NCBI GenBank assembly: GCA_902522365.1
Contig: CABYVH010000001.1
Span: 727 to 64,726, forward strand
Direction: 5' to 3'
Source: an uncultured Pelagibacteraceae bacterium
GTDB taxonomy: Bacteria > Pseudomonadota > Alphaproteobacteria > Pelagibacterales > Pelagibacteraceae
Length of the DNA stretch: 64,000 nucleotides
Shown here: positions 21,121 through 30,348 of the stretch, in pieces
How the letters are laid out: the number at the start of each line of letters is the position of its first letter
How positions within the stretch are numbered: the stretch's first letter is position 1
Position numbers and translations under genes: made by a program
The notes under the pieces: generated by a model
Told to the model about the DNA's origin: nothing
The model's input: only the letters and a program-made list of their open reading frames with translations
Databases searched by the model: none

Positions 21121-22043
21121 TTATTATATTTTATTGATTTAATTTGATGATTACTATTTAAATTTAATACAATTGAAGAATATTTGGGAGCAAATTTAAA
21201 CATATTTTGTGTGACCCTTTGGTAAGTCTGCATAAATTTTAATACCTCATTTTTACTCATAACTTTATTATTTGCCTTATTTTTTGAGTTTAATTTAAGT
21301 AATGCCTCCTGTTTAAGCCTCCAACTCTGCAATAATTTAAAGTTGCCTGCCTTCAAAAATATTAAACAGTCTAATTTAGAAAATAATTTTTTATATTTTG
21401 TTTGTAACTGGCCGTTTACATATTTTCTCCATCCTAAATTTTTATCTTCTGTTCTTTCAAGAGGATTAATCGGTTTTTTTAAAGTTGTATTTTGTTCTGC
21501 TCTAGCTCCTACACACCATCCCTCAAAGATTATAACATCTGGAACCTTTTTAACTAGATACCAAGACTTTTTTTTTAATCTATCATCTATTGCCTTATTA
21601 AATTTAGGAAGTCTTTGGTGATTAAATCTCTTGCTCTTTGTTTTTTTTAGAAGATCAAAGATAAAATTTATATCATGAGTGCCTGGAACACCTCTAGTCA
21701 TTAATAATGGATGGACTTTTTTAGATAATTTTATTCTTTCTTTTTGAGTTTTATACAAGTCATCAATTGATATTTTAAAAACATTTAATTTAAAATATTT
21801 TGTTAGAATGATTTTTAAAATAGAGCTAATCGTTGTTTTTCCAGTACCTTGGCCTCCTGCTAAGCCTATAAAATAAGGTTTAGATTTATTTGTTCTATTT
21901 GAAATCCAGAAACTCAGTGGAATTAGAAAAGATTTAATCATCTTTTCTTTATTTTTAAATTTTTCCTTTGTTGTTTCTTGAGATCTAATAAATTTAAAGC
22001 AATCTTTACTAACTTTTCTATAACACTCAGTAATTGATTGCAT
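21117..22043 (-). CDS. P-loop kinase of the GLYK/uridine-kinase-like family
   Basis: Walker A GGQGTGKTT; SIDDLY, RGVPGTHD, FEGWCVGA, WRLKQE. Confidence 0.75.
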   Translation of the reverse strand: MQSITECYRKVSKDCFKFIRSQETTKEKFKNKEKMIKSFLIPLSFWISNRTNKSKPYFIGLAGGQGTGKTTISSILKIILTKYFKLNVFKISIDDLYKTQKERIKLSKKVHPLLMTRGVPGTHDINFIFDLLKKTKSKRFNHQRLPKFNKAIDDRLKKKSWYLVKKVPDVIIFEGWCVGARAEQNTTLKKPINPLERTEDKNLGWRKYVNGQLQTKYKKLFSKLDCLIFLKAGNFKLLQSWRLKQEALLKLNSKNKANNKVMSKNEVLKFMQTYQRVTQNMFKFAPKYSSIVLNLNSNHQIKSIKYNK

Positions 22044-22050
22044 AAAAAAT

Positions 22051-22419
22051 TTATTGTTTTTGATCTAAAGGATGATTTTTGCCATCGTTCACTGGCACAT
22101 CTTCAATTTCAAATGGCTCCACACCTTCTATACAAGCAATATTTACACCAAATATTTTTGGATTACTTCTAGGTCTATTATGAGTGTGAATTCCACAAAT
22201 TGAGCAAAAATAATGTTTAGCAGTATTAGTATAAAATTGATAAAGTGATAACTTATCTTCTCCTTTTGTAAGTTTAAAATCATCAGGACCAAGTACTCCA
22301 ATAATATAACCTTTTTTTTTGCAAATTGAACAATTGCAGCGCATAATTTTTTCAATACCACCCAAAGGCATCTTAACCTCTGCTTCTATTGCACCACAAT
22401 GACAGGATAATTTTTTCAT
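22051..22419 (-). CDS. GFA/CENP-V family zinc protein
   Basis: Motifs CHCG, CNCSICKK, HYFCSICG. Confidence 0.9.
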   Translation of the reverse strand: MKKLSCHCGAIEAEVKMPLGGIEKIMRCNCSICKKKGYIIGVLGPDDFKLTKGEDKLSLYQFYTNTAKHYFCSICGIHTHNRPRSNPKIFGVNIACIEGVEPFEIEDVPVNDGKNHPLDQKQ

Positions 22420-22438
22420 AGTTTAATCTCCTAAAAAA

Positions 22439-22921
22439 TTATTTATTATTATTTTTTAAATACTCACCGTATCTTTTTAAACTTTCCTCTGGCCATGTTT
22501 TTTTTGGATCATACATTTTTTCAAAACAAATTACATCATCCATGAGGTTTAACCATGGGTCTTTGTCTTTTGTAAATATATGCGCCTGAGGAGGAAAGTT
22601 TTCAGAATTATCTAAAGTTTTAGTCCTAACTGTTAGTCTGCCAACAGCAGAAGCATAATCAGTATAAATATAAGTTCCACATTTAGTACAAAAATAAGCC
22701 CTACAAGTAGCTCCACTCCCTGCTTTAAGTTCAGTTGATGAAACTTCACCTTCTATGATCAAAGTATTATCCAAAACACTCGAATTAATAACATAAGATG
22801 ATCCAGTTATAATTTTACAATCTTTACAATGACAAGCTTGGGTGAATAAAGGTTTTTCTGTAATTGTATATTTAACTTGCCCGCATATACATCCACCGGT
22901 TAAGTTTTTATTTTTTTCCAT
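22439..22921 (-). CDS. GFA/CENP-V family zinc protein
   Basis: Motifs GGCICG, CHCKDC, FCTKCGT, PQAHIF..KDPW. Start moved to ATG 22921. Confidence 0.9.
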   Translation of the reverse strand: MEKNKNLTGGCICGQVKYTITEKPLFTQACHCKDCKIITGSSYVINSSVLDNTLIIEGEVSSTELKAGSGATCRAYFCTKCGTYIYTDYASAVGRLTVRTKTLDNSENFPPQAHIFTKDKDPWLNLMDDVICFEKMYDPKKTWPEESLKRYGEYLKNNNK

Positions 22922-22939
22922 TTTAATATTTAATCTATT

Positions 22940-22959
22940 TGTGGTTAAAGTTATCCACA
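22940..22959. promoter_or_regulatory. Back-to-back DnaA-box pair
   Basis: TGTGGTTAA (reverse, 1 mismatch) - ag - TTATCCACA (perfect match). Confidence 0.55.
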
Positions 22960-23067
22960 TGTATACAATATGTGGTTTCGATGTTCACGTTTTGATTCAC
23001 TTTTGATTCAGTTACAGACTCAAAATACAACCTGATTGACACTATTGAATAACTTATGTATTAGTTA

Positions 23068-23082
23068 GAACAAAATAAGAAC
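23068..23082 (+). promoter_or_regulatory. LexA (SOS) box upstream of umuD
   Basis: GAAC-AAAATAA-GAAC, 4 bp before the ATG and downstream of TTGACA (23036)-N17-TATTAG. Confidence 0.85.
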
Positions 23083-23086
23083 ATTT

Positions 23087-23482
23087 ATGAAGCTAACTAT
23101 ACCTTACTATTTACATAAAGCTGGCGCGGGTTTTCCGTCCCCTGCTACGGATTATATTGAGGAAGATATAGATTTAAATATTCATTTAATCAAGAATGTT
23201 CCAGCAACCTTCATCATAAGAGTTCAAGGAAAATCAATGGTGGATGTTGGAATTAATGATGGCGATCTATTAGTTGTTGATAAAAGTTTAACGCCAAAAA
23301 ACTTCTCAACAGTTATTGCAAATGTTCATGATGAACTAGTTGTTAAAAGTTTAGTTCAAGAAAGAGATAAAAAATTTTTAACATCAGGTTCTAAAGAATT
23401 TACAGATCGAATTTTAATTAACGAAGAAGAAGATATATTTATTTGGGGAGTTGTAACTTATGTCATCCATTCAGTATACTAA
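23087..23482 (+). CDS. umuD: DNA polymerase V subunit UmuD (S24 peptidase)
   Basis: Cleavage site A/GFPSPA.DY; catalytic Ser in GKSM and Lys in VVKSL. Confidence 0.92.
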   Translation: MKLTIPYYLHKAGAGFPSPATDYIEEDIDLNIHLIKNVPATFIIRVQGKSMVDVGINDGDLLVVDKSLTPKNFSTVIANVHDELVVKSLVQERDKKFLTSGSKEFTDRILINEEEDIFIWGVVTYVIHSVY

Positions 23483-24737
23483 AAAAATAGCACTTATTGA
23501 TTGTAATTCTTTTTATGTTTCTTGCGAAAGATTATTCAATCCTAAAATAAGAAAAAAACCTGTTGTAGTTTTATCTAACAATGATGGTTGTATAATTTCA
23601 AGATCAACAGAAGCAAAAGCTCTAGGTATTAAAATGGGAGAGCCTTACTTTAAAGCAAAAGATATTATTATTAAAAATAAAGTTGAAGTTTTTTCATCTA
23701 ATTATTCTTTATATGGAGATTTATCTAGAAGAGTAATGAGAACACTAAAAAGATTTAACTCTGCTATAGAAGTTTATTCTATTGATGAAGCATTTTTAGA
23801 TTTATCGAATTTTCCAGATAGTGAAGTTGAAAAAGTTGGAAAAGAAATTAGAGAAACAGTTTTAAAGTGGACAGGTATTCCAACTAGTATTGGGATTGCT
23901 AAAACAAAAACTTTAAGTAAAGTTGCAAATCATATTGCAAAGAAAAAAGAATCAGGGGTAACAAGTTTAATAGGAATTGAAAATATTGATCCTATATTAG
24001 AGAAAGTTGAAATTAATGATGTGTGGGGTGTAGGAAGACAATTGACAAAGTTCTATCATAAAAATGGAATTTATAACGCTAAGCAACTAAAAAATAAATC
24101 AAATACATGGGTAAAGAAAAATTCAAATGTTTTGGGTTCAAGAACTGCAATGGAATTAAGAGGGATTCCTTGTATTGATATTGAAACAACTCAATCAAAA
24201 AGAAAAAGTTGTGTAGTATCTCGTTCATTTGGTCGAAGAATTGAGAAGTATCAGGAATTAAAAGAAGCAGTTGCAAATTATTGTTTGAATGCATCAGAAA
24301 AAATAAGATCTGAGTCTTTGATTGCAAAATCAATTACTGTTTTTGTTAGAACAAGTCCTTTTCAAAGTAGATTTGGATATTATTCAAACTCAAAAACGAT
24401 AGATTTTGCAATTTCTACAAACAACAGCATTGAAATAGTAAAAACTGCTTTAGTTGCTTTAGACTCTATCTTTAAAAATGGCTATCGTTATCAAAAAGCA
24501 GGCGTAATGCTGACTGGTTTATCTAATGAAGATGGTAGTAAGAACTTATTTTCTTCTGAAAAAGACGAGAAAATAAAGGGTTTAATGAAGTCTATTGATA
24601 ATACTAACTATCGGTATGGAAGATCTACGTTAAGTCTTGCTAGTGCTGGTGTTCAAAAGAGATGGAACATGAGAAGAGAGCATTCATCTAAAATAGATAC
24701 AGCTGATTTCTACTTACTGCCAACGATTAGAGCTTAA
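23460..24737 (+). CDS. umuC: Y-family DNA polymerase V subunit UmuC
   Basis: Motifs [49 protein letters not shown]. Confidence 0.95.
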   Translation: MSSIQYTKKIALIDCNSFYVSCERLFNPKIRKKPVVVLSNNDGCIISRSTEAKALGIKMGEPYFKAKDIIIKNKVEVFSSNYSLYGDLSRRVMRTLKRFNSAIEVYSIDEAFLDLSNFPDSEVEKVGKEIRETVLKWTGIPTSIGIAKTKTLSKVANHIAKKKESGVTSLIGIENIDPILEKVEINDVWGVGRQLTKFYHKNGIYNAKQLKNKSNTWVKKNSNVLGSRTAMELRGIPCIDIETTQSKRKSCVVSRSFGRRIEKYQELKEAVANYCLNASEKIRSESLIAKSITVFVRTSPFQSRFGYYSNSKTIDFAISTNNSIEIVKTALVALDSIFKNGYRYQKAGVMLTGLSNEDGSKNLFSSEKDEKIKGLMKSIDNTNYRYGRSTLSLASAGVQKRWNMRREHSSKIDTADFYLLPTIRA

Positions 24738-24738
24738 A

Positions 24739-25872
24739 TCATTTTATACAATTAGCATTAAATCCAATTAGATTGTCTATGCCATACTTTGGTCTTTTGG
24801 CTAAATAAGTAATATCTTTTTCATGTTTTATTCCAGTTACCATTTCCATTAAGGTATCGATAGCTAAAGCCTCTTGATGTGTGTGCTTTCTAGCATTATG
24901 TTTTTTATATTGATTATTTTTTTGCTTACCATCGTATTTTCTTGAGGAGAAACTTTCATAATCAGTGATCCCTAAATTTAATACTTCTGCTGCTTTAGTA
25001 ATTCTATTCATAACTAAGTCTGGAACTTTAGCCCCCCATCTTTTAGCTAAATAGATGTATCCTAAAGCTGAATTTAAACCATAAGAGTGATACCATAAGG
25101 CTCGAAACCCTCTAAAAGAATTATTATTGATATAGCCATCATCATAAAACACTTCCTCTATATTTTTAAATCTAAAATTGAATTCTTTTGCTGCTAGTTT
25201 TTTATTGTTTGTCCAATTAGCATAAGCTAAATTTGGAATTCCTCCGTTCCCCATTGCATAAAATCCTTTTTCTTTCTCTAAAAATTCTTCAGGCTTAATA
25301 AATTTTTTATGCATTTTTTTAATATACTTGTTAACAGTTTTAATTTCTTTATCACTTAAGTAATCTTTAAGATAAATTGCTATCAGCAAATAATTTGTAA
25401 AAGCATCCCTTGCAAATTCATATGCATGGTACCAGCAAGGTGCCTCAGGATTTCCATCTTTCCAACATTTTGGTTTTTTTTTTAACTCTTCTTTACTGAT
25501 TGTATTTAATAAAACATTTGCTTTAGCTATTTTAATCAATATTCCTTTAGCAGCATCAATGTCATTTTTATCATTATTGCCAATTGCATTATGGGTAGCA
25601 ACAGCAAACGAGCTCATTGGACCAGTTAGATTTAGGTGATTTACGCTTCTAGAATTACCAAGCGCCCATTCACTCATCCAATCTAAACCTATTAAGCTTT
25701 CAATTCTAGCTTTTTTATATTTAGATTTAAAAGTCTCACTACCCACATATGAGCATGATTTAATCTTATCTGTATAAAAATGTTTAGGAAAAGATATATC
25801 TTTAGATTTAACTTTTGCTTCAGCAGATAAACATAAAAATATGCCAAATAAAGTTAAAAAAAAATTTTTCAT
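24739..25872 (-). CDS. Secreted alginate-lyase-like (alpha/alpha toroid, PL5/AlgL-like) protein
   Basis: Signal peptide ending AEA. DDGYINNNSFRGFRALWYHSYGL resembles the AlgL-type G..PNE..R..RAL.YH.YAL segment. Confidence 0.6.
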   Translation of the reverse strand: MKNFFLTLFGIFLCLSAEAKVKSKDISFPKHFYTDKIKSCSYVGSETFKSKYKKARIESLIGLDWMSEWALGNSRSVNHLNLTGPMSSFAVATHNAIGNNDKNDIDAAKGILIKIAKANVLLNTISKEELKKKPKCWKDGNPEAPCWYHAYEFARDAFTNYLLIAIYLKDYLSDKEIKTVNKYIKKMHKKFIKPEEFLEKEKGFYAMGNGGIPNLAYANWTNNKKLAAKEFNFRFKNIEEVFYDDGYINNNSFRGFRALWYHSYGLNSALGYIYLAKRWGAKVPDLVMNRITKAAEVLNLGITDYESFSSRKYDGKQKNNQYKKHNARKHTHQEALAIDTLMEMVTGIKHEKDITYLAKRPKYGIDNLIGFNANCIK

Positions 25873-26786
25873 TTCAAAAATGATTTTGAAACCTCAAGAA
25901 TATGGCTAGGATTAAATTTTTTATCATTTTTTCTATATGAATAAATTTCATATTTTTCAATCTCTTGTGCCTCAAGTTTTTGACATTCAGATTTATTAAA
26001 TAATTTTTCACATTTTTTTTCAGATCGTACGCCATCAAAAAAAATAATTCTTTGAGGCATTTTGTTAGTCTCAAATATATTTTTATATCTAGACATTGAA
26101 CTATTATATAATCCATATCTTAAACTTTGTTCCTTGCCTTTGCTTGGGTGATTTGAGATACCCATAAAATCAATCTTTAATTGTCCATCTATCCAAACTC
26201 TCATAAATCCCTTCTTGGGATCTGGGTGCCAATTAGTATTAAAAATAATTTGTGTCCAATTTCCTAATAATTCTTCACTTTTTTTTAATAGTACGTAAGA
26301 GTCTCTAAATGTATCTCCATTTCTATTAAAAGTTAAACCTGCATGCATATGCTGAAACATTACTAATACTTTTGAAGGTTTGTGTCTTTTCCATTGTATT
26401 AAAGACATCTTAGATGGTGCAACTGAATTATAATCTTCTGGTAAGAAAATATAAAATTGGTACCATCTCTCATGTTTTGAAGGATATCTTTTGTAATATA
26501 ATTCAGTTCTTTCTCTATCGTTTTCACAATCATTCCAATTCGGTTCATAACCACACTCACCATCATTAAGTTCAAATTTAATTGATTTTTCTCCAACAAT
26601 AGAAAAATCAGATACAGAAACAGGATTAACTGCGTGTCTTGCATTTAGAAAATGAAATTGTTCAGGAATTGCTTTACCATATTTATCCTCTTTTAAAGCT
26701 TTTTTTACTTGAGAAAATTTAGTTTTTGCAAATCCATTATTATTTACCAACAGTCCAATTATTAAAAAAAATAAAAAGTTTTTCAT
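25869..26786 (-). CDS. Secreted jelly-roll polysaccharide-lyase-like protein (Polysacc_lyase/heparin lyase I-like)
   Basis: Signal peptide; SIKFEL..GEC, DRERTEL, WYQFYIFLP, LIQWK, GFMRVWIDG, LRYGLYNS. Confidence 0.7.
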   Translation of the reverse strand: MKNFLFFLIIGLLVNNNGFAKTKFSQVKKALKEDKYGKAIPEQFHFLNARHAVNPVSVSDFSIVGEKSIKFELNDGECGYEPNWNDCENDRERTELYYKRYPSKHERWYQFYIFLPEDYNSVAPSKMSLIQWKRHKPSKVLVMFQHMHAGLTFNRNGDTFRDSYVLLKKSEELLGNWTQIIFNTNWHPDPKKGFMRVWIDGQLKIDFMGISNHPSKGKEQSLRYGLYNSSMSRYKNIFETNKMPQRIIFFDGVRSEKKCEKLFNKSECQKLEAQEIEKYEIYSYRKNDKKFNPSHILEVSKSFLK

Positions 26787-26789
26787 TAT

Positions 26790-27752
26790 TTATTTCATTT
26801 TAATTTCAGGTAATGGTTTTTTCCATTTTATTGATTTTGATATTTTTTTTCCATAAGTTTTGTCCCTCCAAGAACTTTTTCTAAATCTTACATAAGAAAC
26901 TGAGTCTTTATTTTCTGATACATAAGAACATTTATCTTGATCTAAAATTTCCTCACATTTATTGCTAAAGCCAAATTCTTTCACTGTCAGAGACTGTGTT
27001 GGTGTCTCACTTAAAAAGGCATCTTTTAACCACCTGTAGAAACCCCATTTAAATGTATATCCATCACCTATAGTAAAATTAGGACCATAAACTTCAAAGA
27101 TTTTTTTGTTACCCAACCAAGCAATTATTTCTCCATTATCTTTCTTCGACGCTAAAATTTTAAAACTTAAAGTTCTGTAGTCATTAAAATGGGAGACTTT
27201 ACCCAATTCAAATTTATAACCAATCTTATCAAAATTAGAATTTTCTGGATCTCCTTTTAAATAGAAAACTTCTTTAGTGAAGTTCAATTGATGTACAATT
27301 TTATCTCCATAAAATTGTGTTTTCATCCAAGGTAAAAGTCTTGAATTACCTTTATTGGCAATAACTTGAAAAAAACTTCCACCCACTGCAGGATGTGTAG
27401 GAAAATCGTTCAACTTAAACGTATATTTTATATATACAGGTTTCTTAAATTTCCTTGGTTTTTTCTTATTTGCCGTTTCCCATCTTTGATTTCTTTCACC
27501 TGTCCTTTCCCAGTCATTTTTGTGCCCTTTAAACTTTGTATCAAGTGTAATTTTAATTGCTTTCCCATCTGCATCTTCAAAAATAGATAGTGCCTTTTTT
27601 TTTGATATCGATCTAGTATCATTTTTCATTTCTGATTTTGCTTTACCAATTAAAATTTCTTTTTTTAAAAACTTATATGGATTTTCAGAAGCGTGGGAAT
27701 ATGTTGAGATTAAAACAAGAGATAATAAAATTAAAAAGAGTTTTTTTGTCAT
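26790..27752 (-). CDS. Second secreted jelly-roll polysaccharide-lyase-like protein
   Basis: Signal peptide ending SHA; NQRWE, FFQV, GEIIAWL, YTFKWGFYRW. Shares a C-terminal Cys pair with its neighbour. Confidence 0.55.
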   Translation of the reverse strand: MTKKLFLILLSLVLISTYSHASENPYKFLKKEILIGKAKSEMKNDTRSISKKKALSIFEDADGKAIKITLDTKFKGHKNDWERTGERNQRWETANKKKPRKFKKPVYIKYTFKLNDFPTHPAVGGSFFQVIANKGNSRLLPWMKTQFYGDKIVHQLNFTKEVFYLKGDPENSNFDKIGYKFELGKVSHFNDYRTLSFKILASKKDNGEIIAWLGNKKIFEVYGPNFTIGDGYTFKWGFYRWLKDAFLSETPTQSLTVKEFGFSNKCEEILDQDKCSYVSENKDSVSYVRFRKSSWRDKTYGKKISKSIKWKKPLPEIKMK

Positions 27753-28906
27753 GCTTTAAATAATTTATCTGATAAGTTTTGAAGTTCATCTCCCCAGAAA
27801 ACTTCTTTCTGAATTCTTTTAAAATCTATATCAAAAACAGTAGACATGGCAGATGCATATACAGATCTAGAATCAATTGTTGAATTCAAGTCCCTCCCCT
27901 CAAATAATTCTTTTCTCTTTAGTCCAGGCCAATCGGAGTAAACTTGAGATTTCTTTAATAAACCACCTGCCATAAATATTGCTGAACCATAGCCATGCTC
28001 TGTGCCACGTCCTCCATTTTGTTCAATGGTTCTACCAAATTCTGTTAAGGTTAATACTAAAGTATTTTCAATTTCATTACCTAGACCTTTCTCTAAACTT
28101 TTGAAAATTGTATCCATTTCAATTAAGCTATCTGAGTGAGAACCATTCACTCCTCCTTGCGCAGCATGTGTATCAAAACCATCAACTTCAAAAACAGCAA
28201 CTCTTGGACCATTTATTTTTTTGAGTTCTAGACCTGCCTTTAATGCTAAAGATGAATTTTTTCTAGACATAGAGGTGCCTCCATTATTCATCATAGATCT
28301 GTTAGCAATTATTTCCATCATATTAGCTAGGTTATGTTCAGATTTTTCTGCATAAATTGATTTTAAAAGTTTTAAAAGTTCTGTTCTTGGAAGTCTTTTC
28401 TTTGAAGGATAAAAGTTATCATTGCTTGGAATACCTCTTAACAGCAAAGGCATCGGTAAAGATAATGCGAGACCATCACCTTTTAATCCTGCTAATTTCA
28501 TTCCTCTACCTAACCAGCCAGTTTTAATTGAATAAGGTATATGACCTCCAGTTTCCATTAAGTTTTGTCCATCAAAATGGGATCTCTTAGTATATGGGAT
28601 ATTTGTTGCATGAACTATTGCTCCTAGATTATTTTGCCACAAATTATGAAAATTTTTTAGCTTGGGATGAAGAGCAAAATCAGAATTTAATTTAATTGTT
28701 TCGTCTAAAATCAAATCCTTTCTTCTTTTTTCAAAGTTCTTATCGCTTATTATCGGAACAGCACATAAACCATCCATTCCACCTCTTAACATTATAACTA
28801 CAAGATTTTTTTTCTTTGAAGCATTCGCTAAAATAGGAAAATTAAAACCAGCTAAAAATAAGGTAGTGGCAGAACCTTTTAAAAAATTTCTTCTTGATAT
28901 TTTCAT
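27749..28906 (-). CDS. DUF1501 family protein with twin-arginine signal
   Basis: Tat motif SRRNFLK; LRGGMDGL, LHP, RSHFDGQ, GWLGR, GFDTHAAQ, TEFGRT, GTEHG. Confidence 0.9.
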   Translation of the reverse strand: MKISRRNFLKGSATTLFLAGFNFPILANASKKKNLVVIMLRGGMDGLCAVPIISDKNFEKRRKDLILDETIKLNSDFALHPKLKNFHNLWQNNLGAIVHATNIPYTKRSHFDGQNLMETGGHIPYSIKTGWLGRGMKLAGLKGDGLALSLPMPLLLRGIPSNDNFYPSKKRLPRTELLKLLKSIYAEKSEHNLANMMEIIANRSMMNNGGTSMSRKNSSLALKAGLELKKINGPRVAVFEVDGFDTHAAQGGVNGSHSDSLIEMDTIFKSLEKGLGNEIENTLVLTLTEFGRTIEQNGGRGTEHGYGSAIFMAGGLLKKSQVYSDWPGLKRKELFEGRDLNSTIDSRSVYASAMSTVFDIDFKRIQKEVFWGDELQNLSDKLFKA

Positions 28907-30330
28907 GATTTAAGTGTCTCCGGTAAATTAAACAATATGACATGTTTATTTGAAAGGTCTCCATGCTGATTTAAAGTTTTAAGAATTTCATTTGGATTAT
29001 TATAATTTTTTTCAATCATTTCCTCATAAAATTCATTTGTCTGAGATTTTCTATTTTTTTTGAAGTATGCTTCTTTAGCATAAACAAGTCTTCTGATTAA
29101 TAATTCAGGTGACATCCAATCATCAGAATTATCCGACCACCCATTTGGTTGTTTTGCCAAATATGGATGATGGCCAAGTTCTCTTAACAAATATTCTAAT
29201 GATCTTTGTTCGTGAGTTGGTTTTAAACCCAAAGTATACAAATCCATCAATTTTGGTGTTGGAATTAATTCCACATCAGACATTTTACTCATTATTAAAA
29301 GCCAATTTTCTGGATTTTGAAATTTTTTAAATTTATCAGAATAATTAAAAGCAACTTCTACAGCAGCTTTATGAACATCCGGTAAAAAACCATCTGATTT
29401 TTCCCAAGCTTTAATAATTGGTTCCATCATTTCTTTTGTTGGATTGTCGGTAATAAAATACCTGCAAAGTTTCATTGCAATATACTCTCTACAAGATGGA
29501 TGATTTACAAGGTCGGTGATTACGGCTGATAAACTCTTTCTTCCTGATTTATATTTTTTACCTAAAATTCTTTTAGTACCTGGTTGATGATATTCAGAAT
29601 TGAAATGAACATCTCCAGTTTCTAATCTTTTTTTTCCCCAGTTAGGTCTCCATCCACTCATTACATATGCCATTTGAACAACATCTTCTTGAGAATAACC
29701 ACAATCAGGTGAAACAGTGTGAAGTTCTAATAGTTCTCTTGCGTGGTTTTCATTTATACCAACTTTTCTTCCCTTTTCTTTTGCCCATCGTGCTTCTTGG
29801 CTTTTAGGTCCAACATTATCATTATTATCTAAATGATGAATCATTGTCCAAGCTACTGTTGCTTCTTGAACCATTTTTTCAAAATTTTGATTCATGTTGG
29901 ATCTAATAATTTCTCTTTGATAAGCACCAGTTGTATATTGTGCTAAAAAATCTTTTTCACTGATTGCAAAGTGGTTTCCCCAAAAATACCAAAGCTTAGC
30001 TAAAACAGGTGTTTCACTTTTTAAAGCCTCAGAATGTCTAATGCAAAGTTCAAGGTTCCACCAAAATTTTTGCCCTGTTACATGTCGTAATTTATTTTTT
30101 TCTCTCTTATATCCTTCTTTGTCATTTTTAAATTTTTTTCTTAAAACTTTCCTATCTCCATAAACGTAATCTCTGTAATATTTTCTAAGTTCTTTTTCTG
30201 GTAAAATCTTTCCCTTCCAAGAAAATTCAGGAATGTCGTTCAATTGATTTGTTGCCCATTTTAATGGGTCAGAGGGTGTTTTATCGTCTGGTCCAAGTCC
30301 AAATGCTACTTTACGATAAAAATTTTTCAT
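28903..30330 (-). CDS. DUF1800 family protein
   Basis: Motifs FWGNHFAIS, LDN, NENHARELLELHT, GYSQEDV, HPS, PNGWSD. Canonical partner of DUF1501. Confidence 0.9.
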   Translation of the reverse strand: MKNFYRKVAFGLGPDDKTPSDPLKWATNQLNDIPEFSWKGKILPEKELRKYYRDYVYGDRKVLRKKFKNDKEGYKREKNKLRHVTGQKFWWNLELCIRHSEALKSETPVLAKLWYFWGNHFAISEKDFLAQYTTGAYQREIIRSNMNQNFEKMVQEATVAWTMIHHLDNNDNVGPKSQEARWAKEKGRKVGINENHARELLELHTVSPDCGYSQEDVVQMAYVMSGWRPNWGKKRLETGDVHFNSEYHQPGTKRILGKKYKSGRKSLSAVITDLVNHPSCREYIAMKLCRYFITDNPTKEMMEPIIKAWEKSDGFLPDVHKAAVEVAFNYSDKFKKFQNPENWLLIMSKMSDVELIPTPKLMDLYTLGLKPTHEQRSLEYLLRELGHHPYLAKQPNGWSDNSDDWMSPELLIRRLVYAKEAYFKKNRKSQTNEFYEEMIEKNYNNPNEILKTLNQHGDLSNKHVILFNLPETLKS

Positions 30331-30348
30331 AAATTATTTTAAAATAAA

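Noticed and set aside
22984-23010. Short tandem repeat as a CRISPR or VNTR
   Set aside because: Only about 2.5 units of 11-12 bp, no spacers and no cas genes.
22922-23086. Calling this region oriC outright
   Set aside because: Only 2-3 DnaA boxes, no clear DnaA-trio run, no switch in gene orientation across it and no hemE/dnaA/parAB context. Kept only as a candidate regulatory element.
23087-23482. LexA repressor
   Set aside because: No N-terminal DNA-binding domain; the GFPSPA.DY motif and overlap with umuC identify it as UmuD.
23087-30330. Prophage or ICE suggested by umuDC plus accessory genes
   Set aside because: No integrase, transposase, phage gene, tRNA target or flanking direct repeat seen; composition resembles the flanks.
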